Shown: piece by piece, positions 17,508-25,941 of the stretch | How positions within the stretch are numbered: the stretch's first letter is position 1 | How the letters are laid out: the number at the start of each line of letters is the position of its first letter | IMG/VR virus record: IMGVR_UViG_3300045988_158810 | Source of the DNA: a virus | Strand: one strand, 5' to 3' | Length of the DNA stretch: 36,745 bases | Translations under genes and position numbers: made by a program | Notes under the pieces: model-generated | Database searches by the model: none | Seen by the model: the letters and a program-made list of their open reading frames with translations, nothing else | What the model was told of the DNA's origin: nothing

Positions 17508-17789
17508 CTAACCTCTACATAATTTTTTGATTTTATTCAACATATTGAGGAACACGCTCTCCTTGGTAGAGAAAGCCACGTCCTCGATTGTGCGGAGAAG
17601 GCAGGCCTGTACTCTGTGGAGGGCCTGTAAGTCACGCCACAGGTCTTCACGCTCCTGTGGGGACAGTTCCCCCTTCCAGCGGGAACATATGCCATACTCC
17701 ACCTTCTTTACGGCCCCGATAAAAACGGGACTGGAAAGGATGCGGTACGCCGTTTCCGCGTTCTCTCTGTCTTTCTGTGTGACGGTCAT
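17508..17789 (-). CDS. small head-assembly-associated protein (93 aa)
   Basis: ATGA overlap with the portal stop. Confidence 0.4.
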   Translation of the reverse strand: MTVTQKDRENAETAYRILSSPVFIGAVKKVEYGICSRWKGELSPQEREDLWRDLQALHRVQACLLRTIEDVAFSTKESVFLNMLNKIKKLCRG

Positions 17790-19885
17790 ACGGATTGCTC
17801 CTTAATGTCGGTAAGGCCAGAGCCTCTTTGCCCCTGCATGAGGCGGGCGTAGTCGAGCTGTTTTTCCAGCTGCATTTCCTGCGCTTTCAGGGCGGCGTTC
17901 GCCTGTACCTTAGCGGCCTGCACAGAAGTGTCAGACTGCACTTTGGCGGCTTTCCCGGAGGCGTCGTTCTGCGCCTGCGCCTGCTTAATCTGCATGTCGA
18001 GCTGCGCTTTCTGGAGCGCGGTTTGCGCCTTGACCTTTGCCGCGGTGAGCGGGTCCATGTTTTGCCCGGCCTGCTTCTGGAGGAGAAGCTGCTGTTCAGC
18101 CCGTTTGGCGTCCTCTTCCGTCCCGAAGAAGCGTTCCGGCGCTTCCAGTCCGGCCGCTTCCACCATCTTATGGCAGGTGTAGATTACGTTGCTCAGACGC
18201 ACGGGAGACGCCGTACTCAGCTGCGCGATAAAGGACTGCTGGGTCTGGAGTATCTGCTGATAGGTGGCAAGCATTTTCTGCCGGCTTCCCGTGCCGAGCC
18301 CCACGGCTACGGATATATCCATATCCGGATCCCACTTGCGGGGGTCAAAGTCCATGAAGCGGCCCTTAAGGCGCACCTGCACTGTTTTGTTGTGGTAGCG
18401 GTGCAGGAGGTTCAGCACGTAGCGGCCCAGCGGCTTGAAGAACATTTCCGCGTACACCCTAGCGATCATCTCGAGACGCTGATTGATAGCCTCTTCCATG
18501 ATAGACGCTCCCGTGGCGGTCTGCTGGAGGGTATCCGCGTCAAGGCTTTGTGTGCGGGACGTTACACCGGAGCGGCGCTCTACAAGCTGATCCGTGAGCT
18601 GGAGGCCCTGTACGGCCTCATTCGCCGAACTGTTCACGGGAAGCGGGGTGATAGAGGCGCCTCCACGCACACGATGCAGGGCGCCGGGCTTGCGTGCAAG
18701 AAGCGAATCAATATCCACCCAGCCCGTTTGATTGGGCCCGTAGTCAACCACGAGTTCGCCCGAGTTAGCAAAGCTCAGGGCGTCCAGATACGAGCGTGTC
18801 AGGTCTGTACGCAGGTCCTGCACGTCGGCCACGAGGTCAGCAAGGCAGAGCCCCACCACCTGATGCGGCATAGGCACGGAGCAGGCCGCGAAAAGCGGGG
18901 CACGGTATAACGGCCACTCTTCGACGGAAAGGACCTTCGTATCCGAGCCATCGCCCACGTAGACAACCTTAGCCTTCTCGGCCATGCCGTCTCCGTTCAG
19001 GTCGACGTCAAGCCACGCTTCATAGACTTTGAAGCGCCTGTTTTCAAAACTTTCTGTTTCATCCGTGCCGTCCGTGGCGGAGTTGACGCTTTCCCCTATG
19101 CTCTTTTCCTCGGGGTCATCATCTTCTCCGTAAACGGGAAGATCTTCCAGCGTCTCACGGCTGTACCCCTCCTGCATGAGCTGCGTGGCCGTCCTGACCT
19201 CCCAGTGAGCTATGAAGCGCGCATGCTCCACGTCCTCAGCGTCCGAGGACACGATGACATTCTCCGAAGGTACAGGGTCAAGGCGCACGTCATGCGTGAC
19301 GGTCTTTGTCCGGACGGTCACGGTGCAGGCCATACCGCCAGGCATAGACGGGTCGGGGTACTGCTCCACTTCTGCCATTCCCCCGCGGGCTTCCGTATCG
19401 GCAATCATAGCCTGTGCTTCCTGCACGGAAAGGCCAGTGAAGCGCTCCATAGTCTGATGCTCTTCCCGCGGCGCGTGTGCGAGGCACCACCCTACGCGCT
19501 GATACAGGCCATCCTTCAGTGTGTCATGGATAAGCCGGAACATCGAGCGGCCGAAGACGACTTGGTTAACGTACAGCGTGGCGTCAGCGGCGGCCTGCTC
19601 CTGTGCGGGCGTGCGGGGCTCAAAGCGGACAATCTCATCCCCACCGGCGAACACGCGCATAAGTCCGGGCATCGCCCATTCTACCGTTTCCATCACGGTA
19701 CGGTCTACGTATGTAGAGAGGCAGCGTTTCTCCCGGTCATCGTCCACACTGTAGCCGTAGCCGAGATAGCGCTTTTTGAGCTTCGCGCGCTCACTGGAGA
19801 GCTGCCCGCCCGGCGTGCCGAGCGCAGAAGTACTCTCCCGGATGATAATTTTGCGAACCTTGTCTTCTGTGTCTCTGTTCAGCAT
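17786..19885 (-). CDS. portal protein (P22-like, long helical C-terminal barrel)
   Basis: About 700 aa directly after terL. C-terminal ~120 aa is a K/A/Q-rich helix (…KVKAQTALQKAQLDMQIKQAQAQNDASGKAAKVQ…) like the P22 portal barrel. The Met start at 19885 is taken to avoid the 139-nt overlap with terL of the track ORF. Confidence 0.7.
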   Translation of the reverse strand: MLNRDTEDKVRKIIIRESTSALGTPGGQLSSERAKLKKRYLGYGYSVDDDREKRCLSTYVDRTVMETVEWAMPGLMRVFAGGDEIVRFEPRTPAQEQAAADATLYVNQVVFGRSMFRLIHDTLKDGLYQRVGWCLAHAPREEHQTMERFTGLSVQEAQAMIADTEARGGMAEVEQYPDPSMPGGMACTVTVRTKTVTHDVRLDPVPSENVIVSSDAEDVEHARFIAHWEVRTATQLMQEGYSRETLEDLPVYGEDDDPEEKSIGESVNSATDGTDETESFENRRFKVYEAWLDVDLNGDGMAEKAKVVYVGDGSDTKVLSVEEWPLYRAPLFAACSVPMPHQVVGLCLADLVADVQDLRTDLTRSYLDALSFANSGELVVDYGPNQTGWVDIDSLLARKPGALHRVRGGASITPLPVNSSANEAVQGLQLTDQLVERRSGVTSRTQSLDADTLQQTATGASIMEEAINQRLEMIARVYAEMFFKPLGRYVLNLLHRYHNKTVQVRLKGRFMDFDPRKWDPDMDISVAVGLGTGSRQKMLATYQQILQTQQSFIAQLSTASPVRLSNVIYTCHKMVEAAGLEAPERFFGTEEDAKRAEQQLLLQKQAGQNMDPLTAAKVKAQTALQKAQLDMQIKQAQAQNDASGKAAKVQSDTSVQAAKVQANAALKAQEMQLEKQLDYARLMQGQRGSGLTDIKEQSV

Positions 19886-21171
19886 ATGGATAGCCTTGCC
19901 CCCTGCCTCAGGGGCTCCATCGCCCCCGTATCGGTACGGATGAAGCCTACAGCGGCGTACCTCATGGCGTCCGCCCCGTGTGAAGTCCAGTCGTGGAGGG
20001 GCTGCGTGCGGAAACACTGATGCTCCTCGTCATACTCTCTCTGATACCCCCACAGAGCGGAAAGCCCCTGCGCGCACTTATCCTTGTCAATGTATGAGCA
20101 CGCCAGCACCTGCCGGACGCTCTCTATGCCGTCCATGACCGGAAGCTGAGGTGCGGCGGTAAAGCCTATGCCCAGCCGGCGGGCCGTCTCAAGGCGGGTT
20201 ACACCCGTGCCCAGCTCCCGCACGGCTATGTCATGGGGCGCTATGTGCTGCCCGTAGCGGTAGCCCTTCTTGGCAAGCACTTCCGCATAGTGCGCCAGAC
20301 CTTCGCCCGAGGCCTCGTAGTAATCCACAAAGCGGTACTGTCCGCGGGTAGTCCCATCACTCACCCACTGGAAGAACCAGATCGCGGTACTGTCTGCCAT
20401 GCCGAGGTCCCACGCCGTGTGCACAAGCAGGGTCGGGTCTACCGGCACCGGGCCGATACGCCCAGCGCTTTCCGCCTCCTGAAGGATCCTGCCGTAGTAA
20501 GAGCCCTGGGCAACGAGCAGGGGGTTCCCCTCCCACACGCAGTCGTACTTGTCGGGGTCCGTCTTCTTGCAGTGTTCCATCTCAGCGCGGAGCACGTCCG
20601 GGAACCACGGGTTATCCCGATATGTCACCTTGCGCACGTAGGAGCCGGGCGGCGGTGTGTGCACAATGAAGCGCTGCCAGACGGGAGCGTGCACCCGGTT
20701 CGGATTGAAGGAGATCCAGATCTCCGATCCAGCCGTGCGCATGGTAGGGATGAGGAGGTCAAGCGACTTCTCCGATACCGTCTCGGCCTCTTCAATCCAG
20801 CAGTGCGTTAGGCCTTCATATGACTTAATCTTCTCCGGAGACGTCCGGAGGCCCGAGAAGATAAAGAGCGAGCCATTACGGCCGCGTATCTCGGCGTCGG
20901 TAGAGGTGTAAAAGTCGTCCATGCCGAGGCGCTGTATCTCATCGTCGAGCAGGCGCTTCACGCTGTCCCTGATGCTGTTCTGCACCTCACGGGCGCAGAG
21001 ACACCGGATAGGACGGCGGCGCCCCTCTATCAGCAGAGCCGAAGCGAAAGCGCGGCTCTTGCCCCCGCCACGGCCGCCGTAGAAGACCTTGTACCTGTGC
21101 GGCTGGAAGAGCTCCTCGAACGCCTCCGGGAAGAAGGCGTCTACGCGGTGCACTACTCTGTCGCTGCGCAC
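19879..21171 (-). CDS. terL: terminase large subunit (PBSX/Terminase_3 type)
   Basis: Walker A motif FYGGRGGGKS near the N-terminus. 430 aa. Position between terS and the portal. Confidence 0.9.
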   Translation of the reverse strand: MRSDRVVHRVDAFFPEAFEELFQPHRYKVFYGGRGGGKSRAFASALLIEGRRRPIRCLCAREVQNSIRDSVKRLLDDEIQRLGMDDFYTSTDAEIRGRNGSLFIFSGLRTSPEKIKSYEGLTHCWIEEAETVSEKSLDLLIPTMRTAGSEIWISFNPNRVHAPVWQRFIVHTPPPGSYVRKVTYRDNPWFPDVLRAEMEHCKKTDPDKYDCVWEGNPLLVAQGSYYGRILQEAESAGRIGPVPVDPTLLVHTAWDLGMADSTAIWFFQWVSDGTTRGQYRFVDYYEASGEGLAHYAEVLAKKGYRYGQHIAPHDIAVRELGTGVTRLETARRLGIGFTAAPQLPVMDGIESVRQVLACSYIDKDKCAQGLSALWGYQREYDEEHQCFRTQPLHDWTSHGADAMRYAAVGFIRTDTGAMEPLRQGARLSIC

Positions 21172-21536
21172 TTTTTCGGCCTCCCGGCGCGTTTATGCGG
21201 CCGTACGAAAGTTACACGGATCGCCTGTTCGGTCTTTATCGGCTCCCCGTCGGGGCCGGAGCACTCTATGCGTGTCGTCTCACGGTAGCCAAGGCGCGTC
21301 TTCAGGAGAAAAATCATCATCCGGACATCGCCGTCCATGGCCATCTGATAGGCTGTTTTCGCGAGGCCTTCCGCGGCCTCGGCCATGCCGGCGTCAAGGT
21401 CGTCCCTGTAGTACTTGACCAGAGTACCCGTCGTCACGCCGATCTGTACGGCTATGTCGTGCTGCCGTACGCCATATTTTGCGAGCGCGCGGACTATCGC
21501 CCGCTTCTCATCCGTAGGTACATGCTCATCTCTCAT
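21153..21536 (-). CDS. terS: terminase small subunit (HTH)
   Basis: 127 aa with an N-terminal HTH-like segment (KRAIVRALAKYGVRQHDIAVQIGVTTGTLVKYY). Immediately upstream of and overlapping terL. Confidence 0.6.
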   Translation of the reverse strand: MRDEHVPTDEKRAIVRALAKYGVRQHDIAVQIGVTTGTLVKYYRDDLDAGMAEAAEGLAKTAYQMAMDGDVRMMIFLLKTRLGYRETTRIECSGPDGEPIKTEQAIRVTFVRPHKRAGRPKKCAATE

Positions 21537-21826
21537 TTTCCGTACATTCTCCTGATAATCCGGAATCTAATGGCATCCAGCAGCATGCCGCCGCTGTTCC
21601 CGGCTATCCCGCACAGGCCCACCAGGGCTATGTCGGGGACTTTATCCGCGAGGAGCGAGAAGGCCAGCACGCCGCAGAAGGCTGACACGACTATCTGCGT
21701 AAGCAGGTCGAGCCAGCCGCGCACGCCCTTCCTCATGACACGGACGATCCCGCCCACAAGGCCGAAAGCGGCGCCGAGGGCGCAGAGCTTCATCAGCTCC
21801 CACCATCCGCCGAGGTCATGCATCAC
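21533..21826 (-). CDS. holin (lambda S-like, 3 TMD)
   Basis: A 97-aa membrane protein whose TM segments (…ALGAAFGLVGGIVRVMRKGVRGWLDLLTQIVVSAFCGVLAFSLL…) and C-terminal charged tail (LLDAIRFRIIRRMYGK) parallel lambda S. ATGA-coupled to terS. Confidence 0.6.
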   Translation of the reverse strand: MMHDLGGWWELMKLCALGAAFGLVGGIVRVMRKGVRGWLDLLTQIVVSAFCGVLAFSLLADKVPDIALVGLCGIAGNSGGMLLDAIRFRIIRRMYGK

Positions 21827-22364
21827 GTCCGCCTCCCCGCATTTTTTTCAGGTAAGCGTCTTTGGACGCCGAGCCGAGACTGGAGCCGAGGTAGTACTGC
21901 ACCACCGCCCCGAAGGCCGAAGCGAGCGTACCGAGGAGCATCAGCCCCGCATCTCCGAGCTCGGCTTTCCCGCCGTGGAGGACGACCCAGAGCATCACAA
22001 AAAAGCCCACGGTCACTATGCACGCCACTATGGAGGTTGCCCACGTGGCGCCGTGGCCTGCCTTGGCCAGCTCGACTTCTCTGTCGCGTGCGCTCATCCT
22101 GTCGGTGAGCTCTGCCTGCACCTGGTCACGCTGCCATTGGAGGAGCTGCGCCTGCTGCTGGATCTCCAGATCCTTCAGCTTCAGAAGTAGGTCAGGGTTT
22201 TGTGCTATGGTGCGCTGCACGGCCTCGGGGTCAGGCTCACACCCGAGCGCGGAGGCTATCAGCGAGCCGGCCGCCCCGGCGATAGCGCCCACGGGGCCGC
22301 CGAGGACGCTGCCCAGCACGGGGGCCGCCTTGGCTACGGCACGGCCGACATCCGCCCACTCCAT
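21816..22364 (-). CDS. lysis-associated membrane protein (candidate second holin/antiholin or spanin-like)
   Basis: Gly-zipper N-terminus, coiled-coil middle and C-terminal TM hairpins (ATWATSIVACIVTVGFFVMLWVVL…). ATGA-coupled to the endolysin. Confidence 0.45.
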   Translation of the reverse strand: MEWADVGRAVAKAAPVLGSVLGGPVGAIAGAAGSLIASALGCEPDPEAVQRTIAQNPDLLLKLKDLEIQQQAQLLQWQRDQVQAELTDRMSARDREVELAKAGHGATWATSIVACIVTVGFFVMLWVVLHGGKAELGDAGLMLLGTLASAFGAVVQYYLGSSLGSASKDAYLKKMRGGGRDA

Positions 22365-22989
22365 CAGAGGAGCTCCTGCAGGAGGCGCCCTTCCGCGGCA
22401 CGGCGCCCCAGGTACTCACCGCCCCAGCCGTCACGGTCAAGGAGCGCGGCAGACGCCTTTTCCCAGTCACCGCGGCGAAGGGCCGCCAGAGTGACGGGCG
22501 CACGACGCTCAGCACCACGCACCCCGCACTGATAGAGGAGAGAGAAGACGACGGCCTGCGCCTGCCACGGGAGAGCGGCGTAAGGACGGGAAGGCGCGCG
22601 CCTGTCCCACCACGGCACGACGACGTCATCCATGTAGCCGCGGTGCTCGGCATCCGTGAGCTCACGCGCCTGCTCCACCGTGAGGGTGAGCGGGCGGTTG
22701 CGCAGTACGCGGAGAGCCGACGTTGGCCTATATATAAGGATATAGCATCTATCGTGCCATCGGACACGCCCCAGCGTCTCAGCTGGCTGACAGTCTGCTG
22801 CCCGAGGTCTACACCCACGCCCACGGTGACGCCGGAAGCGCCCATAGCCTCGTAGTCTGTCACGGGGCGGTCGCCCGTGTAGTTCGCCGTCCCGCCGGAC
22901 AGGCGCCGGCAGGGGATATAGCCCCTGCACGTCAGGGCCCCCTCTACCGTCTCGAGCCACTTAAACACCCTATCGTACTGAATCGACAT
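22364..22989 (-). CDS. endolysin, GH24 P22/lambda-type lysozyme, reading frame interrupted around 22700-22745
   Basis: The N-terminal half (MSIQYDRVFKWLETVEGALT…GVTVGVGVDLG…) is in the frame of track ORF 22237..23007. The C-terminal half (LTVEQARELTDAEH…LPWQAQAVVFSLLYQCG…RRAAEGRLLQ, alignable to P22 gp19) is in the frame of ORF 22364..22960. The switch coincides with an AT-rich patch. Confidence 0.6.
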
Positions 22990-23126
22990 TTTTGTAACTT
23001 CCTGCAATCAATTTTCTACATTTTTGTAACTTTTTATAGGAAACATGTCAAAAAATTGACACTTGCGCAAGGGAAATTTTTTCAAAAAAAACACACAACG
23101 CAATGAAGTTCGGTATCATTGCGCAG
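22990..23126 (-). promoter_or_regulatory. AT-rich regulatory region upstream of the lysis/packaging genes (candidate late promoter)
   Basis: A 14-nt direct repeat catttttgtaactt occurs twice. A palindrome cttgcgcaag is present. A minus-strand TTGACA-17-TACAAA-like element is present. AT-rich, in contrast with its surroundings. Confidence 0.3.
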
Positions 23127-23351
23127 TTATGATGCAGAATTGTATTCCTCAAGCAGCTGAGCGATCTCTTCATCATCCAGGGTATCTCCCCAGCTGCCAA
23201 TGGTTCCAAGGAGATCAGACAACCCACCACAGGCTTCAGCCTCGTCATATAAAGCCTGTGAAATAATGTGCGAGAGGGGCCGGGGCTTTTTCGGAAGATG
23301 GTTCAGCGCCTTCCATATTTCGTCAACTATTTTTGCTTCGTACATTCCCAT
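23127..23351 (-). CDS. small acidic hypothetical protein (74 aa)
   Basis: ORF immediately upstream of the lysis genes; acidic C-terminus (DTLDDEEIAQLLEEYNSAS). Confidence 0.4.
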   Translation of the reverse strand: MGMYEAKIVDEIWKALNHLPKKPRPLSHIISQALYDEAEACGGLSDLLGTIGSWGDTLDDEEIAQLLEEYNSAS

Positions 23352-23533
23352 TCTCCTTGTGTTTGAGATTCCAGCCAGGCAGCCATGTTTTCGTAGAAGG
23401 CTCTGTAGGTGCGCTCCCCCAGCCTGATGATGGGAGCGCCCCTGGCGTATCAGGTGCGGACCGTGTCCCTGGAAACACGAAACCTGGAGGCGATTTCAGT
23501 CAGCCCGATAAGGATTTCCTTCTCTTCACTCAA
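23327..23533 (-). pseudogene. AlpA/MerR-like HTH DNA-binding protein interrupted by an in-frame TGA at the conserved Trp position
   Basis: TTG start with GGGAGGAG RBS. MSEEKEILIGLTEIASRFRVSRDTVRT-[TGA]-YARGAPIIRLGERTYRAFYENMAAWLESQ. Both halves match the AlpA-type HTH consensus (…vS..Ti.rW…G.fP..i.lG.R…), and the stop sits where the conserved W is expected. Confidence 0.5.
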
Positions 23534-24299
23534 GACTCAGCTCCTCCCTGGCATACTCCCAGAGCGTCATCCCCAGAGATGTGTGCGTTGTGTCGGGAAG
23601 TGTCTTCAGCCAGTCAAGAGACGGATTACCCTCATTCTCCTGTCCGCCGCCTATCTGCAGGCAATTGACGAACCGGCATCCACTGCTTCCGCCGGCGCCG
23701 TACCCAGTGAAGTCTATTCCCCTCCTCTGCCCGCTCACCCATGAGGGACGGGAGAAGATGTCTCTAATGCCGCCATCGTTATAGGCTTCGCCCAGGTGAT
23801 TGAGGTGATCCACAATCCAGTCTTTGCGGGAAAGGTTGTGAGAACGCGAGAACACACAATTTGTGGCAGTCAGGCAGGCACTGTGATGGGCCCATGCTCC
23901 AAAAGTGCGGACATCAAAACATCCCACGCCCCAGTCGTGCACCCAGCACTGGCTCATATCAGCGATAACGCCGTCCTGCACCTCAGGGCACCGCCTCCCG
24001 CACCTGACGAAGGCGCAGTTCCGGAGGGTAAGGAGCCCCCCGGCCTGATCCTCTGCCGGGTAGTCCCCATTGCCTCCGAGAATAGCCTTTTTACACCCGA
24101 TGAACACGCACCGCTGAATGGACACACGGGCGCCTTTGATGCAGTCAATAGCCTCGTCCTGATCCTCAAGCGGGACTGCGGTAAGATCGAAGACGCAGTC
24201 GCGGATGAGTGTGTCACCATCTCCTCCCCAGACCTGCACGCAGTCGCCGCCCAGACCGAATGTGGGGGCTGCGTAAGTCTTCCCCTTGATACTCCTCAC
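23526..24299 (-). CDS. right-handed parallel beta-helix repeat protein (PbH1/pectate-lyase fold), GTG start
   Basis: Repeated beta-helix rungs: IRDCVFD, IQRCVFIGC, LRNCAFVRC, ATNCVFSRS, CRFVNC. 257 aa with an RBS GGGAGGAAG. Located outside the virion module. Confidence 0.55.
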   Translation of the reverse strand: MRSIKGKTYAAPTFGLGGDCVQVWGGDGDTLIRDCVFDLTAVPLEDQDEAIDCIKGARVSIQRCVFIGCKKAILGGNGDYPAEDQAGGLLTLRNCAFVRCGRRCPEVQDGVIADMSQCWVHDWGVGCFDVRTFGAWAHHSACLTATNCVFSRSHNLSRKDWIVDHLNHLGEAYNDGGIRDIFSRPSWVSGQRRGIDFTGYGAGGSSGCRFVNCLQIGGGQENEGNPSLDWLKTLPDTTHTSLGMTLWEYAREELSLE

Positions 24300-24470
24300 T
24301 TACACTCTTCCTCCCGTTCCATGCTTCACTCGATCCGCTTCCTCGGCGCGTTTCGCGTCGTTGAAACGGTCAAGGGTGCCAACCAAATAGCCCGTAATAC
24401 GGCGGATGCGCTCGAACTTCACGCCTTCGCCAACAAAACGCGTCTTATTCGGTATGCAGATACTTTTCAT
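24300..24470 (-). CDS. small hypothetical protein (56 aa)
   Basis: MKSICIPNKTRFVGEGVKFERIRRITGYLVGTLDRFNDAKRAEEADRVKHGTGGRV. Fills the gap between the Lar gene and the beta-helix gene, and its stop abuts the beta-helix start. Not in the ORF track (<60 aa). Confidence 0.3.
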   Translation of the reverse strand: MKSICIPNKTRFVGEGVKFERIRRITGYLVGTLDRFNDAKRAEEADRVKHGTGGRV

Positions 24471-24684
24471 TTTTCAACTCCTTCACGATTTTCAAAAGTT
24501 GCCGGTTGCAGTGACGGCACATTTTCCGGCACAGCGTCTCCCAGCCGCGCTCAGCTTCTGTATCATCACCATCGACACTTTCGGGTCCCGACATCCCGCA
24601 TGAGGGGCAGGCGACAGTCCGCCCGCCTCCGTCAGTATCAGCCAGATAAACCCCGGGGCACCCGCAGTACGGACAGGAGTGCAC
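24445..24684 (-). CDS. lar: Lar-family restriction alleviation protein (zinc ribbon)
   Basis: N-terminal CPYCG plus a second CPSCG pair and the …EAERGWETL segment align to the Lar family pattern (CPFCG…ECtnCG…eAi.aWN). Confidence 0.5.
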   Translation of the reverse strand: MHSCPYCGCPGVYLADTDGGGRTVACPSCGMSGPESVDGDDTEAERGWETLCRKMCRHCNRQLLKIVKELKNEKYLHTE

Positions 24685-24809
24685 GGGGACTAACTCCCGT
24701 CCCCGGACATCAGGGACCAGAGGAATACGGCCGCCATGAGGAGCCAGAGGACGAAAACGACGCTGAAACCGAGTCCCAGAAGAAAAATGAAAACAATGTC
24801 CATGATACT

Positions 24810-25139
24810 TTACTCCTGTCTACTCTTTTCCCAGTCTCCGCGGCAGAATCGCCACGCCACACACAGGAGGTCAAGCGCCTCATCCATGACGCGTTCCTCC
24901 CCCTGATTCTTATTCAGGGCCTGACAGAGTTCCCCGTACTCCTCCCCGATGACGCCCACACCCTGATAGATGCCGTCGGCAAAGTCGGGATGTTTCTTTT
25001 CCGCTTCACTGACGCGGGCAGAGAGCCGCCTATACATCTCCTCATTCCCGATACCCACTACGTGCATTCGCCGGAGATTCCGGTTCTTCTCCCGTAAAAG
25101 CGCTGCCTGCCCGTCGATAAGTATATCTCCCATACGCAC
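24810..25139 (-). CDS. MazG-like nucleotide pyrophosphohydrolase (putative)
   Basis: EExxE/EExxD-type helical motifs (VIGEEYGELCQALNK…EERVMDEALDLLCVAW) characteristic of all-alpha NTP-PPases. Confidence 0.4.
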   Translation of the reverse strand: MRMGDILIDGQAALLREKNRNLRRMHVVGIGNEEMYRRLSARVSEAEKKHPDFADGIYQGVGVIGEEYGELCQALNKNQGEERVMDEALDLLCVAWRFCRGDWEKSRQE

Positions 25140-25142
25140 CTC

Positions 25143-25523
25143 CTACATCGTCTTCGGCTGGATGCCGTGCCCGAAGGGGTTCCCCGTCGAGGGGATATCT
25201 TCCGTCTTCAGGTTCGGGACTGCCCCGTAGTCCACACCGCCTACGCGCTCGCATCCGGACATGCCGGAAGCACACTCAGCACCGCAGGCGGCGTATCCGG
25301 CAATGTCTACCCAGGAATCTGCGTGGCGGGGGTTCCCCTCCACGCGGGCGAGCTTCAGGAGGATCATCATGGCGGCCACATCCGCGGTGGAGATGTCGCA
25401 CCCGGTATAGCGGCTCCAGAGGGCCGCTATAAGTCCGAAGCTGTCTTCAGGGGCCCCGTACTCACGGGCCCTGTCTGTAAGAACCGCCTTAGCGGCCGCA
25501 TCGAGGCATTCTTTCCTGGTCAT
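25143..25523 (-). CDS. conserved phage protein (DUF6378-like)
   Basis: Internal Met start with GGAGAG RBS. Conserved pattern CLDAAAKAVLTDRAREYGAPEDSFGLIAALWSRYTG…DVAAMMILLKLARVEGNPRHADSWVDIAGYAA is seen widely in phage genomes. Confidence 0.45.
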   Translation of the reverse strand: MTRKECLDAAAKAVLTDRAREYGAPEDSFGLIAALWSRYTGCDISTADVAAMMILLKLARVEGNPRHADSWVDIAGYAACGAECASGMSGCERVGGVDYGAVPNLKTEDIPSTGNPFGHGIQPKTM

Positions 25524-25581
25524 ATTCTCTCCTACGTGCTTTCCACACATTTTCCGAATAACTACAAGGGAAACTAAAAAA

Positions 25582-25941
25582 TCACTGCGCAGGCCCATAC
25601 GCCACCGTATCCATGTCCGATACCTCTCCCGTGGGTGAGTATCCGCCCGCACGTCTCAGGCGGGCCCAGCACCGCGGGCATCTGTAGTCTGTGGTAGGGG
25701 AGCCGCAGTCGTGGCAGCGACGCATGTACCGGGAATTTCGTTTGTATAACGCCTTGTTGCCCTGCGGTATGTAACTCTTACCCTGCGGCTCAGGGAAAAA
25801 CTTGATGTGCGTACGTATGTAGTACCGTACTGCATCCGGATGTTTATGTATGGCCGCGCCAATGCTCCGGCAGCTTTCTCCCGCGGCATACATCCGTGCA
25901 GCTGTCTCTATCTCATCCTTAGTCCACCCTCTCATGCCCAT
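25582..25941 (-). CDS. GcrA-like HTH protein with C-terminal zinc ribbon (candidate late-gene regulator)
   Basis: WTKDEIETAARMYAAGESCRSIGAAIHKHPDAVRYYIR resembles the GcrA N-terminal HTH. C-terminal CHDCGSPTTDYRCPRCW. Start chosen at the Met with GGAGGGGAG RBS. Confidence 0.45.
   Translation of the reverse strand: MGMRGWTKDEIETAARMYAAGESCRSIGAAIHKHPDAVRYYIRTHIKFFPEPQGKSYIPQGNKALYKRNSRYMRRCHDCGSPTTDYRCPRCWARLRRAGGYSPTGEVSDMDTVAYGPAQ

Noticed and set aside
15447-17522. 691-aa plus-strand ORF
   Set aside because: Antisense to the capsid and scaffold genes. Low-complexity Gly/Arg-rich translation; a GC-rich artefact.
17795-20020. 371-aa and 271-aa plus-strand ORFs
   Set aside because: Antisense to the portal gene, whose long helical barrel and position support the minus-strand reading.
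22237-23007. Full 256-aa and 198-aa track ORFs as separate intact genes
   Set aside because: Each has one lysozyme-like half and one Arg/Ser-rich nonsense half. Together they describe a single GH24 endolysin with a frame disruption.
23796-25097. 433-aa plus-strand ORF
   Set aside because: It is antisense to five well-supported minus-strand genes (beta-helix, Lar, MazG-like, etc.). Its composition is Arg/Ser/Pro-rich, typical of off-strand open frames in high-GC DNA, and it has no RBS.
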